DNA of 64,000 bases, taken from an uncultured Acidobacteriota bacterium (GTDB taxonomy: Bacteria; Acidobacteriota; Thermoanaerobaculia; Multivoradales; JAHEKO01). The stretch is taken from contig CAVQNG010000003.1 in the NCBI GenBank assembly GCA_963713825.1, positions 832,001 to 896,000 on the forward strand, in the 5' to 3' direction. The translations under genes were made by a program, and so were the position numbers. Below, piece by piece: positions 48,551-58,314 of this stretch. A model generated the notes under the pieces. That model was given only the letters and a program-made list of their open reading frames with translations. It was not told the origin of the DNA and searched no databases. Position 1 is the first letter of the stretch. Each line of letters opens with the position of its first letter.

Positions 48551-49726
48551 ATGGCAAGTGGCAAGCACATAGGCATTCTGACGGGTGGCGGCGATGTGCC
48601 CGGATTGAATTCGGTTATCAAGTCCGCGGTGTACCGGGCCCGTGAAATGGACCGTCCAGTGATCGGCATTCGAAGGGGTTGGGAGGGCCTGACCCACTCG
48701 AACTTGAGCCAGGGCGACGATCCGACCTATATCCGCCGCTTGACCCGGGAGAACACCCGCACCATCGATCGGAGCGGCGGCACGATCCTCCACACCTCAC
48801 GGACCAATCCGCAGAGGGTCCATGTCTCGAAGGCCCCGACGCATCTATCTCAAGCGGAGGTGGCGGCCGTGCCAACCCAGGCCCACCTGCTGGATATGAC
48901 CTCGGTGGTGCTGCGCAATCTGGAGCGACTGGACATCGGTACGCTGGTCGTGATCGGTGGCGACGACACCATCAGCTTCGCCTCCCGTCTCCACGAGGAG
49001 GGAGTTCCGGTCATCGCCATCCCGAAGACCATGGACAACGATGTGCCGGGCTCGGAGTACTGCATCGGCTTCTCCACCGCCATTACCCGGGCCAAAGATC
49101 TGATCACCCGACAGCGAACCACCCTGGGATCGCATGAACGGATCGGCATCTTCCGCATCTTCGGTCGGGATTCCGGGTTCTCGGCTCTCTACACCGGCTA
49201 CGTCACTTCCACGCGATGTCTGATTCCCGAGTACCCTTTCGACCTCGATCACCTTTGTGAGGTCCTGGTCGGGGACAAGCAGGACAATCCGAGCAACTAC
49301 TCCCTGGTCGTGGCCTCCGAGGGGGCTGTCTGGAAAGGGCAGGACCTGGCCGAGTATGGCGAGGCCGACGCCTATGGCCACCGGAAGAAGGTCGATATCG
49401 GTCACGCTCTAGCGGAGGAGGTTAAGCGACGCACCGGGCACGAGACCATGACCAGCGATCTGACCTACGACCTGCGCAGCGGTGACCCCGACTCCATCGA
49501 CCACATGGTGGCCATCACCTTCGCCAATATCGCGCTCGATGCCATCGCCGATGGGGTCAGCGGTCGCATGGTCGCCATTCGGGACGGCAACTATGCACTG
49601 GCGGAGTTGCCCGACCCGGCCCTTGGCGCTCGTCGTGTCGATGTAGACGAGCTCTACAACTCGGAGCGCTACCGGCCCAACTACGCCGCCAAGCTCGGTG
49701 CGCCATTACTCCTGAGCACTGTCTGA
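48551..49726 (+). CDS. pfp: 6-phosphofructokinase, predicted PPi-dependent
   Basis: TGGGDVPG, GGDDT, PKTMDND. Confidence 0.8.
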   Translation: MASGKHIGILTGGGDVPGLNSVIKSAVYRAREMDRPVIGIRRGWEGLTHSNLSQGDDPTYIRRLTRENTRTIDRSGGTILHTSRTNPQRVHVSKAPTHLSQAEVAAVPTQAHLLDMTSVVLRNLERLDIGTLVVIGGDDTISFASRLHEEGVPVIAIPKTMDNDVPGSEYCIGFSTAITRAKDLITRQRTTLGSHERIGIFRIFGRDSGFSALYTGYVTSTRCLIPEYPFDLDHLCEVLVGDKQDNPSNYSLVVASEGAVWKGQDLAEYGEADAYGHRKKVDIGHALAEEVKRRTGHETMTSDLTYDLRSGDPDSIDHMVAITFANIALDAIADGVSGRMVAIRDGNYALAELPDPALGARRVDVDELYNSERYRPNYAAKLGAPLLLSTV

Positions 49727-49770
49727 CGGCTGGAGGTTTCGGCCTCGCAAGGGTTTTCTAGAGAGCTACC

Positions 49771-49797
49771 GCGGGAGGGGACAAGCCCCTCCCCTAC
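49771..49797 (-). repeat. GTAG-type REP
   Basis: Minus strand GTAGGGGAGGGGCTTGTCCCCTCCCGC. Confidence 0.75.
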
Positions 49798-49827
49798 AGA
49801 GTGCTGTGTGAGCTAGAGTCGGGGTCC

Positions 49828-50739
49828 GTGACCCGGTCTCACAGCATCGCGGTTTTGCAGGCGCTGTTCGTCACTTTTCTGTGGTCGAGCTCCTGGGTGC
49901 TGATCAAGTTCGGTCTCGAAGAGATTCCGGCCCTGACGTTCGCTGGCCTGCGCTACAGCCTGGCGTTTCTCATACTGGCGCCCTTCGTTCTCGGCTCCCG
50001 GGAGCTGCGCAGCTCATTGATCGGCCTTTCCACCGCTGGATGGCTGCGCCTGATTGCGTTGGGGTTGCTGTTCTACACCCTGACCCAGGGAGCGCAGTTC
50101 GTCGGCCTCGTCTATCTGCCAGCGGTGACAGTGAGCCTCTTTCTGAGCTTCACGCCCGCGCTAGTAGCGTTGGTGGGGATTCCCCTTCTGTCGGAGAACC
50201 CGGCTCCAATGCAATGGGGCGGCATGCTGCTCTATTTGATCGGTGCGCTGGTGTATCTGCTGCCCGTGGAGATACCCCTGGCCGCCGCTGGCCTCGCCGC
50301 GGCCGTCATTGGGCTGCTGGCCAACGCGGGCTCTTCGATCCTGGGGCGGTCAGTCAATCGAGAGGAGCATCTTCATCCATTGGTGGTGACGGTCGTGAGC
50401 ATGGGTATTGGAGCACTCGTTCTGCTGGCAGTCGGTCTGACGAGCCAGGGCCTACCGAGCCTGTCGTGGAAAAGCTGGGGCCTGATCGTGTGGCTGGCTG
50501 TGGTCAATACCGCGCTTGCTTTCACTTTGTGGAATCACACCCTCCGGAGGCTCACCGCTGTGGAGTCGAGCCTCATCAACAACACGATGCTCATTCAGAT
50601 TGCACTGCTGGCCTGGGTCTTCCTCGACGAGCCTCTGAGCCCCAAAGGTGGAGCCGGAATCACCCTGGCAGCGGTCGGGGTGCTCGCGGTGCAACTGGCG
50701 AGCCCGAAGACCCCGACCGAGCGACCGCAGGAGTCGTAG
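49828..50739 (+). CDS. EamA/DMT transporter
   Basis: LWSSSWVLIK, about 10 TMs in two repeats. Confidence 0.9.
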   Translation: MTRSHSIAVLQALFVTFLWSSSWVLIKFGLEEIPALTFAGLRYSLAFLILAPFVLGSRELRSSLIGLSTAGWLRLIALGLLFYTLTQGAQFVGLVYLPAVTVSLFLSFTPALVALVGIPLLSENPAPMQWGGMLLYLIGALVYLLPVEIPLAAAGLAAAVIGLLANAGSSILGRSVNREEHLHPLVVTVVSMGIGALVLLAVGLTSQGLPSLSWKSWGLIVWLAVVNTALAFTLWNHTLRRLTAVESSLINNTMLIQIALLAWVFLDEPLSPKGGAGITLAAVGVLAVQLASPKTPTERPQES

Positions 50740-50746
50740 TCAAGCG

Positions 50747-51829
50747 ATGAACAGACTCCCCAATCGACCCATGACCCAACTGGTACCGGTCTTGGTGGCG
50801 GCGATGCTGTCGGCCTGCCAGGGGGCGCCCACAAGCGAAGAGACCGCACTCCAGGTCTTTATGAGCGAGCCGATCGGGGTCATGGGCACGCGGACCAGTC
50901 TGGCGGTGGTTCTTCCCGGTGAAGAGGCGAATCGCGGTCGGGACATCCTGAGTGCGGCCGAGGCCGAGCTGCGCCGCATCGAGGCCCTCATGAGCACTTG
51001 GATCGACGGGTCGGAGATCTCCCGCTTCAACGCTGCGGCAGCCAATGAATCGGTCGCTCTTTCTGCCGACTCTCAGGAAGTACTGCGACTCGCACGGCAG
51101 CTCTTCGACGACACCGAAGGTGCCTTCGATGTGACCTGTCGCCCATTGATCGAGCGCTGGCGTCGTGCCGGAGACGAGGGGCAGCTACCGCCAGAGGAGG
51201 AGCTCGCGGAGCGCCGGCAAGCTTCGGACTGGTCGTCGATCGAGCTCTCGAAACAGGGGGCTCGTAAGAGTCGCAACACTGCTTGTGTCGACCTGTCGGG
51301 TATTGCCAAGGGCTACGCCATCGATCAGGCCCTGTCGATCCTGCGGGAAAGTGGAGCTGCAGGCGGTTTGATCGAGGTCGGAGGGGACCTGCGGGTCTTC
51401 GGGAGCGGTCCGGAGGGAGAGGACTGGGCCATCGGAATCCGCAGCCCGTTCGAGGATCGGGCCTGGGGCGAGATCGCGCTAACCGACAGCGCAGTGTGCA
51501 CCAGTGGAGACTATGCTCGCTACGTGGAGGTCGATGGCCAGCGATACAGTGAGGTCATCGACCCCCGAACCGGGCGTCCGGCGGGGCGCGCTTCCTCGGT
51601 GACAGTTGTTGCTGGGGATGCGGCGACTGCCGACGCCTGGGCCACGGCACTGACTGTTCTCGGGTCCGAGGGGGTGGAGCTCCTACCGACCGGTGAGCGG
51701 ATCGAGGCCCTGATCGTGAGCCTCGACGAGGCCGGGTCGTACCGGGTTCGAGCGAGCCGCGGCTTTGCGGATCTTCTGGTGAGCTCTGAGTTCGAGCTGG
51801 CCGAGAACCTGGAAGAATCGCTGCCCTGA
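50747..51829 (+). CDS. apbE: FAD:protein FMN transferase
   Basis: Lipobox LSAC, MGT, DLSGIAKGY, TSGDY, IDPRTG, ADAWATA. Confidence 0.92.
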   Translation: MNRLPNRPMTQLVPVLVAAMLSACQGAPTSEETALQVFMSEPIGVMGTRTSLAVVLPGEEANRGRDILSAAEAELRRIEALMSTWIDGSEISRFNAAAANESVALSADSQEVLRLARQLFDDTEGAFDVTCRPLIERWRRAGDEGQLPPEEELAERRQASDWSSIELSKQGARKSRNTACVDLSGIAKGYAIDQALSILRESGAAGGLIEVGGDLRVFGSGPEGEDWAIGIRSPFEDRAWGEIALTDSAVCTSGDYARYVEVDGQRYSEVIDPRTGRPAGRASSVTVVAGDAATADAWATALTVLGSEGVELLPTGERIEALIVSLDEAGSYRVRASRGFADLLVSSEFELAENLEESLP

Positions 51830-51830
51830 A

Positions 51831-52739
51831 TCAGCCTCGCCACTCGGCCTGATCCACGGTCGTCTCGAAGTCCGGCTCGACGCGCCCCGGAAGCTCTTCG
51901 TCGATGGTGGCCGCCAGGTCTTCAGCGGACGGCTTCCCGACGTAGAGCAGGGACTCCATCGGGCACTTTTCCAGGCTCTTCTCGAAGTCGCCTTCTTCGA
52001 CAGCTGCCCCGTGGTAGTCGAGTGTGGGTAGGTTGGCGTCCATGGTTAAGAGATCGCTGAGCTTGGCGCAGGCACCGCAGCCGATGCAGCCAACCGTGCA
52101 GACCTTCCTGACGTCGTTGCCGAAGTCCTCGTTGGAGCAGGAGACGACGAGCACCCGTTCTGCCTTGAAGGGGATGCGGCTGATGATTCCCCGGGGACAG
52201 GTCTCCACGCAGGCACCGCAGCCGGTGCATTTCTCGTAATCGATCTGGACCAGTCCCCAGATCATCTTCATGGCGTCGAAGGTGCAGGCCTCGACGCAGT
52301 CTCCGAGGCCGAGGCAGCCGTAGACGCAACCCTGGTAACCGGCGACCAGATTCGCCGCGGTACAGGTGCGCTCGCCCTGATAGTCGTTCACGCCGAGTCG
52401 CTGCGGCAGGGTGGCCCCGCAGTGAACCACTGCTCGATAGGGCCAGGTCTCCTCCACCTCGACACCCATGATCTCGGCTACCGCTTCGGCGCAGCTCTCC
52501 CCGCCGGGAGCACAGAGAGCGACGGAGGCCCCTTCGTTGACCACGGCCTCTGCATAGTCGGTGCAGCCGATATATCCACAACCGGCACAGTTGGCACCCG
52601 GCAGGACAGCGTCGATGTGCTCGACTCGGGGATCGACTTCGACGTGGAAAGCCTGGTTCGCCCACCCGAGCACCAGGCTCATGAAGACTGCCAGTAGCAG
52701 CAGCGTCGAGGCGGCGAGTAGGACGACGAGCAGGGTCAT
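51831..52739 (-). CDS. rnfB: Rnf complex subunit B
   Basis: [14 protein letters not shown] plus ferredoxin CxxCxxCxxxCP motifs. Confidence 0.93.
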   Translation of the reverse strand: MTLLVVLLAASTLLLLAVFMSLVLGWANQAFHVEVDPRVEHIDAVLPGANCAGCGYIGCTDYAEAVVNEGASVALCAPGGESCAEAVAEIMGVEVEETWPYRAVVHCGATLPQRLGVNDYQGERTCTAANLVAGYQGCVYGCLGLGDCVEACTFDAMKMIWGLVQIDYEKCTGCGACVETCPRGIISRIPFKAERVLVVSCSNEDFGNDVRKVCTVGCIGCGACAKLSDLLTMDANLPTLDYHGAAVEEGDFEKSLEKCPMESLLYVGKPSAEDLAATIDEELPGRVEPDFETTVDQAEWRG

Positions 52740-53428
52740 GGGTTGAGGAGCTTCTCCACGTTGGCGCCTATCCCTGAGAAGCCCATGAAGGCCAGGGCGA
52801 GAATTCCGGCGACGATCATGGTGATGGCGGCGCCGCGCAGGGACTCGGGCACCTCGCACAGCTCGAGCTCTTCACGAATGCCGGCCATCAGGACGATGGC
52901 GATGGTGAACCCAACGCCGCCGAAGACAGCCAGTGTCAGGGACTCTGCCAGGCCCCAGTCACGGGCTACGACGTGCTTCATGATCTCAAGGCAGGCGAAG
53001 AGGATGGCGCAATTGGTGGTGATCAACGGCAGGAAGACGCCGAACGACTTGTAAAGGGGCGGGAAGAACTTGCGCACGTACATCTCGACCAGTTGCACGC
53101 TGGAAGCGATGACGAAGATGTAGACGATGTAGCTCAGGACACTGAGGTCGATTTGGCCAGCCTCGGCCGCCGGGTTGAGACTCGACCAGACCCAGTTGGG
53201 CAGCGGTGCGCCCGGCCGCAGGACGAACTCCGTCATGGTCCAGCTCAGGAGGGCAGCTACCGAGATGACGAAGGTCACGGCACAGCCCATGCCGAAAGCG
53301 GTGTCGAGGCGTCGTGAGACGCCGAGGAAGGGACAGAGCCCGACGAAGTAGGTCAACACGAAGTTGTTGACCAATGCCGCGCCGATGGCGATCAATAGTA
53401 GGTCGGCGAAGAGCTCCATCTCAGGCAC
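52736..53428 (-). CDS. rnfA: Rnf complex subunit A
   Basis: [19 protein letters not shown]. Confidence 0.93.
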   Translation of the reverse strand: MPEMELFADLLLIAIGAALVNNFVLTYFVGLCPFLGVSRRLDTAFGMGCAVTFVISVAALLSWTMTEFVLRPGAPLPNWVWSSLNPAAEAGQIDLSVLSYIVYIFVIASSVQLVEMYVRKFFPPLYKSFGVFLPLITTNCAILFACLEIMKHVVARDWGLAESLTLAVFGGVGFTIAIVLMAGIREELELCEVPESLRGAAITMIVAGILALAFMGFSGIGANVEKLLNP

Positions 53429-54062
53429 TCCCCGCTTCGGACTCGCTCACCCGCGCCTTGCGGCGCTGGCCGAGCCAGGTTGCCAGACCCAGCAACGACC
53501 CGAGAGCCAGGAAGGCCCCCGGTGGCAGGATCATGAGGATCAGGGTGGGGAACGACTCGGGTACCAGCTGAATACCGAACCAGGAGCCGTTGCCGAGAAT
53601 TTCACGCACTGTTGCGACACTGGCAAGAGCGAGCAGAAACCCGAGTGAGACCCCGATGGCGTCGGCCAGCGCCGCTTTCGGGCCCTGCTTGGAGGAGCAG
53701 ACCTCACACCGGCTGATGATCATGCAATTGACGATGATCAGTGGCACGTAAGGTCCCAACAGCTTGCTCATCGGGTAGGCGAAAGCCGCCAGCGTTCGAT
53801 CGGCGATGGTGACGAAGGTGGCGATCGTCAGGGTGAAGACGAGGATTCTCAGGTGCGGTTTGAGAAGGTGGCGAATGAGGCTGGTGATCAGGTTGGCGCA
53901 GATCAGCACGAAGGCGGTGGCACCCACCATGGTCATGGCCGGTTTCATGGCGGCCGTGACGGCCAGGGTGGGGCACAGTCCCAAGAGCTGGCGGTAGACC
54001 GGATTCTCCGGCAGGATGCCGTTCAGGAAGCGCTCGAGCGGTGTTGGTTCATGGACGGGCAT
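53421..54062 (-). CDS. rnfE: Rnf complex subunit E
   Basis: [25 protein letters not shown]. Confidence 0.93.
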   Translation of the reverse strand: MPVHEPTPLERFLNGILPENPVYRQLLGLCPTLAVTAAMKPAMTMVGATAFVLICANLITSLIRHLLKPHLRILVFTLTIATFVTIADRTLAAFAYPMSKLLGPYVPLIIVNCMIISRCEVCSSKQGPKAALADAIGVSLGFLLALASVATVREILGNGSWFGIQLVPESFPTLILMILPPGAFLALGSLLGLATWLGQRRKARVSESEAGSA

Positions 54063-54732
54063 CGAAGCCCTCCGCGGGTTCTGCGATCTCGGTCTTGACC
54101 AGCGCCACCGTGTCGTTGACGATGTTGCAGACGCTCCGTGAGCTGACCGTCGCCCCGGTCAGCGCCTGAATTGCATACGGGCTCTGCGCGGCTTCCTCGG
54201 CGTTGCGGCCGACGGTCAGGGGGCTGTCGGTGGCAATGCCGGCGAAGTGCTGACGGAAGTCACTGCGCACGATGCCGTCGCCCAGCGCCGGGGTCTCCTT
54301 CTGGTTCAGGACGTAGATCCCAGTAATCTGCGTGGTGTCGCCGGTCAAGCCCACCAGCAGCTCGATGACATCGGCGTAGCCGTGATCCTGGCCCCGTGCC
54401 ACCCAGCCCAGCAATCGCCCCTCCGGGTCCCCTTCTGAGACCCGATACAGCGCGGCAGCCTCGGATGGCTGCTCGACAACGGTCAGGGATGTCGATTCGC
54501 TCGAGGCCGACTCGATGCTCACCTGATCACCGTCAATGGTGATGGAGGCGCCTGTCACGGCTTCTCCACCGAGGAGAAGGCCGGGGATCTCGCGCATGAT
54601 CTCGGCGCGGATGTTCTCTTCGATGCGGGGAGACAACTCGAGATGGATGGCGGCCAGCAGTGCGCCGAAGACACCGGCCAACAACAGGATGAGCCAGGCC
54701 TGTCCCAGATAGCTGTTGCGCAACCGACTCAC
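54049..54732 (-). CDS. rnfG: Rnf complex subunit G
   Basis: N-terminal TM, ETPALG, FMN-binding TGATVSS; GTG start inferred. Confidence 0.88.
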   Translation of the reverse strand: MSRLRNSYLGQAWLILLLAGVFGALLAAIHLELSPRIEENIRAEIMREIPGLLLGGEAVTGASITIDGDQVSIESASSESTSLTVVEQPSEAAALYRVSEGDPEGRLLGWVARGQDHGYADVIELLVGLTGDTTQITGIYVLNQKETPALGDGIVRSDFRQHFAGIATDSPLTVGRNAEEAAQSPYAIQALTGATVSSRSVCNIVNDTVALVKTEIAEPAEGFDARP

Positions 54733-54764
54733 GATTCTTGTGCTCCGTTCCAGGGCCTCTCCGA

Positions 54765-55778
54765 TCAGGCGTCGACGGGTAGTCCACCGAGAGGCTCGGG
54801 AATCGTCACGCGGTTGATCAGGGGAACGACCGCGTTCATCAGCAAGACAGCGAAGACCACTCCCTCCGGGTAGTTCGAAAACAGTCGGATGACAACGACC
54901 AGAGCACCGAGTCCGGCCCCGAAGATCACCTGGCCGCGGCCTGTCAGCGGGCTGGTCACCGGGTCGGTGGCGATGAAGAAGGCCGAGAAGACGAGGGCAC
55001 CGCTCGTCAGATGCTGCAGCACAGTCAGCGGGGTCGCGGGCATCAGGAGATTGGCCAGGCCTGCCACGACAGCAGCCGAGGCGAGCATGCTGATCGGAAT
55101 CAGCCACACCGCCGAGCGTCGGAGGCAGAGATAAAGCCCTCCCACGAGACAGGCCAGAACACTGGTCTCACCCAGCGAGCCGTTGGCGTTGCCGACGAAG
55201 AGAGCCCAGAGACCAGGTAGCGAACCCGAGAGCTCCTTGGCTGCCGTCAACGGTGTGGCCTGGGTGAGGATCTCGAGCCCTGTCCCAGACCGCACGTAGG
55301 CGGTGGCGCCCAGGGACGCGGCGAAGCTGATCATCACGAAGGCTCGCCCCACCATCGCCGGGTTGAAGATGTTCTGACCCAGGCCTCCGAAGGCCGCCTT
55401 GCCAAAACCGATGGCGACCACCGAAGCGACAGCACCGACATACCAGGGGGCGCTCCAAGGAAGGGAGAGGCCGAGAATTACTCCGGTAACGATGGCCGAG
55501 GCATCCTGGAGAGAGGGCCTCGAGCCTCTCCAGAGGCTGGTGATCGCTTCCACGGCTAGGCAGCTCACCACGCAGATGCCGACCTGGAAGACGGCGTACC
55601 AGCGAAACAGGTAGAGCGCCATGGCGAAGACGGGAATGAGCGCGATCAGGACGTCGACCATCAGGCGCCGCGTGCTCAACCCGGTGCTCGACAGGTGAGG
55701 CCCTGGAGCCACTTGCAGGCCTGGCTCCACGGGTGCGTCCTGCGGCGGAGAGGCAGCTTTGTTGGTGGCTTCTACCAT
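54765..55778 (-). CDS. rnfD: Rnf complex subunit D
   Basis: FGGLGQNIFNPA, TQATPL, ATDPVTSP, YPEGV. Confidence 0.93.
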   Translation of the reverse strand: MVEATNKAASPPQDAPVEPGLQVAPGPHLSSTGLSTRRLMVDVLIALIPVFAMALYLFRWYAVFQVGICVVSCLAVEAITSLWRGSRPSLQDASAIVTGVILGLSLPWSAPWYVGAVASVVAIGFGKAAFGGLGQNIFNPAMVGRAFVMISFAASLGATAYVRSGTGLEILTQATPLTAAKELSGSLPGLWALFVGNANGSLGETSVLACLVGGLYLCLRRSAVWLIPISMLASAAVVAGLANLLMPATPLTVLQHLTSGALVFSAFFIATDPVTSPLTGRGQVIFGAGLGALVVVIRLFSNYPEGVVFAVLLMNAVVPLINRVTIPEPLGGLPVDA

Positions 55779-55794
55779 GGCTTCATTCCGCTCT

Positions 55795-57162
55795 CTACAC
55801 TCGAGCTGCAACCAGGTGGGCCTTGCCCATTCGGATGAGCTGCACCAAGGGGATTTGAGCCGGGCACTGGTACGCGCAGCAGCCGCATTCCATGCAGGTG
55901 TTGATGTGGTAGCGCTCGGCCAGAGTCCAGGCGCCTTTTCGGGCTGCCAAAGCGATTCTCGTTGGCACGAGATTCAAGGGGCAGGCATCGACGCAGAGAC
56001 CGCAGCGCACACAGGCGGTTTCCTCGAATGTCTGAAGGTCGTCCCGCGTCAAAACCGTGATGCCGCTGGTGCCCTTGGTGACGGGGGTGTCGAGGTCACC
56101 CAGGGTGAACCCCATCATCGGGCCACCCGCGAGAACCCGCGCCGCCTGCGAGGTGATCCCACCAGCGAGCTCGATCAACTCGCCATAGGAGATGCCGATT
56201 GGTGCAAGGAGGTTCTTTGGCTGCACCACGCCTCGCCCCGTAACCGTGACGACGCGATGCGTCATGGGTTTGCCCCGCAGGACAGCTCGTGCAATGGCAG
56301 CTGCCGTCGCCACGTTGACGACAACCACTCCGACGTCCAAGGGCAGACCGGCGGCCGGGACGTTGCTGCCGACGAGGACGGGAACGAGTTGCCGTTCAGA
56401 GCCTTGCGGGTACTTCGTTCTGACGAGTCGGATCTCGATGCCGGTGCTCTCTGCAGCCTTCGAGAGAGCTTCGGCGGCTTGCCTTTTGTCGTCCTCGATG
56501 CCGATGATGATCCGCCGTGCGCCGACCGCAGAGGCAGCCAACAAGGCACCGGTGATGACCGGCCGAGGGGCCTCCAGCATCAAGCGATAGTCCGCTGTCA
56601 GGTACGGCTCGCACTCACAACCGTTGACGACCAGCGTTTCGATGGGCCTGTCGGGGTTGGCAGCCAGCTTGATGTGGGTTGGAAAGGCGGCGCCCCCCAT
56701 CCCTACAAGCCCGGCGTCTCTGACGGCCTGGAGAATGAGATCGGGCCTCGGCAGGTCGAGCCTGAGGGTCGGCCACTCTCCGCCATAGGTGTCGTCGAAG
56801 AGGGCCTGTCCCTCGAGTTGCTCATCGCCGGCCTTGATCGGGACCGTTGGCACGCGACGGCCGTTGGGCAACGTGGCGGCGGATTCCTTGGCCACCTTGC
56901 CGGAAATGCTGGCATGGACAAAGGCGGAGACCGGAGCCTCGGACTTGCCGATCAGGTCACCGGCGACCACTTCGTCCCTGGATTTGACGACCGCTTCGCA
57001 GAGAGCCCCGACATGTTGCAACAGAGGGATGCGGACCTGTTTGGGCGTCGGGACGACCTCGATCGGCTGGTCGCGGGCCAGTTGCTTCGCGGCGGCTGGG
57101 TGAATGCCACCGGAGAAGCTTCTTCGCCCCGGCTTGACCGGTTTGGGTTGGGCGACGCTCAT
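55795..57162 (-). CDS. rnfC: Rnf complex subunit C
   Basis: GMGGAAFPT, ECEPYLTAD, YPQGSE, two 4Fe-4S motifs. Confidence 0.95.
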   Translation of the reverse strand: MSVAQPKPVKPGRRSFSGGIHPAAAKQLARDQPIEVVPTPKQVRIPLLQHVGALCEAVVKSRDEVVAGDLIGKSEAPVSAFVHASISGKVAKESAATLPNGRRVPTVPIKAGDEQLEGQALFDDTYGGEWPTLRLDLPRPDLILQAVRDAGLVGMGGAAFPTHIKLAANPDRPIETLVVNGCECEPYLTADYRLMLEAPRPVITGALLAASAVGARRIIIGIEDDKRQAAEALSKAAESTGIEIRLVRTKYPQGSERQLVPVLVGSNVPAAGLPLDVGVVVVNVATAAAIARAVLRGKPMTHRVVTVTGRGVVQPKNLLAPIGISYGELIELAGGITSQAARVLAGGPMMGFTLGDLDTPVTKGTSGITVLTRDDLQTFEETACVRCGLCVDACPLNLVPTRIALAARKGAWTLAERYHINTCMECGCCAYQCPAQIPLVQLIRMGKAHLVAARV

Positions 57163-57536
57163 GGAGTCTCCGACTGGCGTCGTTGCACGATTCCCGAGAC
57201 CAAGGCAGCGACGAGTGTCGCCACGAGCAGACCGCTGCCAGCTCCGACCAACTGTCGAAACGGGCCCTCACCAGCCAGAATTGCACCGAAGAGAGCGGCC
57301 GCCAGAGGAAGCAGGAAGTAGCCGATGGATGCAGCCACGAGACCGACACCTTGCAGGGGCCGCTTCGAGTCGAGAGCAGCTTTCGTGTCACCGGTTGGGG
57401 GATCGCAACCCGTGCAGGCACTCGGACACTGAGGGGAGGGACGGTAGGCGCCCGCCTGCTCATCGCGCCCGCCTGGGGTGCCATGTGGGGAGTTGTGGGC
57501 AGAGGCGCCCTCGAGCGGGCCGGCATTGCTAGCCAT
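57159..57536 (-). CDS. RseC-like small membrane protein
   Basis: CPSACTGC followed by two TMs (YFLLPL); overlaps the rnfC start. Confidence 0.55.
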   Translation of the reverse strand: MASNAGPLEGASAHNSPHGTPGGRDEQAGAYRPSPQCPSACTGCDPPTGDTKAALDSKRPLQGVGLVAASIGYFLLPLAAALFGAILAGEGPFRQLVGAGSGLLVATLVAALVSGIVQRRQSETP

Positions 57537-57639
57537 CGCCTCTCAGTATCTGGCCAGCCGCTGCTGTCTGCAACGGTTGAAAGGGCGGAGCGGACTCAGC
57601 TAAATGTTGTAGTCCGTAGCAGCCCCGAATGGCGGTGCG

Positions 57640-58314
57640 TCAGGACTCGGCGCGGCCGATTTCCTCCAGAGTCACGAGACCGACACGAAGGGCGTAAAGG
57701 GCAGCCTGAGTCCGGTTGCCGAGACTGAGCTTGGCGAGGATGTGGCTGACGTGAGTGCGGACCGTAGCCTCGCTGATGAACAGCTTGCCTCCAATCTGCT
57801 CATTGGTGAGGCCGCGCGCCACCAACTTGAGGACCTGGAGCTCGCGGTCGCTCAACGGCTCGGCTGGTGGTGTTGGGTCGAGGTCGGCAGAAAACTCCTG
57901 GAGCAGCCGCCTGGCGACAGCAGGAGTCAGTGCCGACTGACCCTCGGCAGCCTTGTGAATGGCCTGCACCAGGTCGGCCGGGCTGGTGTCTTTCAGTAGA
58001 TAGCCGAGGGCACCGGCGCGAACCGCTGGGAAGAGCTTGTCATCGCTACCGAAGCTGGTAAGAACGAGAACGTGAGAAGACAGGCCCCGTTCGCGGATCT
58101 CCCGAATGGCCTCGACTCCATCCATCTCGGGCATGACCAGATCCATGAGGATGACGTCGGGTTTGAGGCTTTCCGCCAGGGCCAGGCCTTCGCGCCCGTT
58201 CTCTGCTTGACCCAGGACCTTGATGTCGGGCTCTGTCTCCAGCAGGGTGATGATGCCGCGCCGAACGATTTCGTGATCGTCCACGACCACTACGGTAATC
58301 GGTTGGTTGCTCAT
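57640..58314 (-). CDS. NarL/LuxR-family response regulator
   Basis: DDH, ILMDL, GYLLK, LSDRE..TVRTHVSHIL. Confidence 0.95.
   Translation of the reverse strand: MSNQPITVVVVDDHEIVRRGIITLLETEPDIKVLGQAENGREGLALAESLKPDVILMDLVMPEMDGVEAIREIRERGLSSHVLVLTSFGSDDKLFPAVRAGALGYLLKDTSPADLVQAIHKAAEGQSALTPAVARRLLQEFSADLDPTPPAEPLSDRELQVLKLVARGLTNEQIGGKLFISEATVRTHVSHILAKLSLGNRTQAALYALRVGLVTLEEIGRAES

Noticed and set aside
55759-57321. 520-aa antisense ORF over rnfC, and similar long shadow ORFs (36342-37406, 42076-43191, 58974-60023)
   Set aside because: Typical high-GC antisense open frames opposite well-supported genes, with no recognisable motifs
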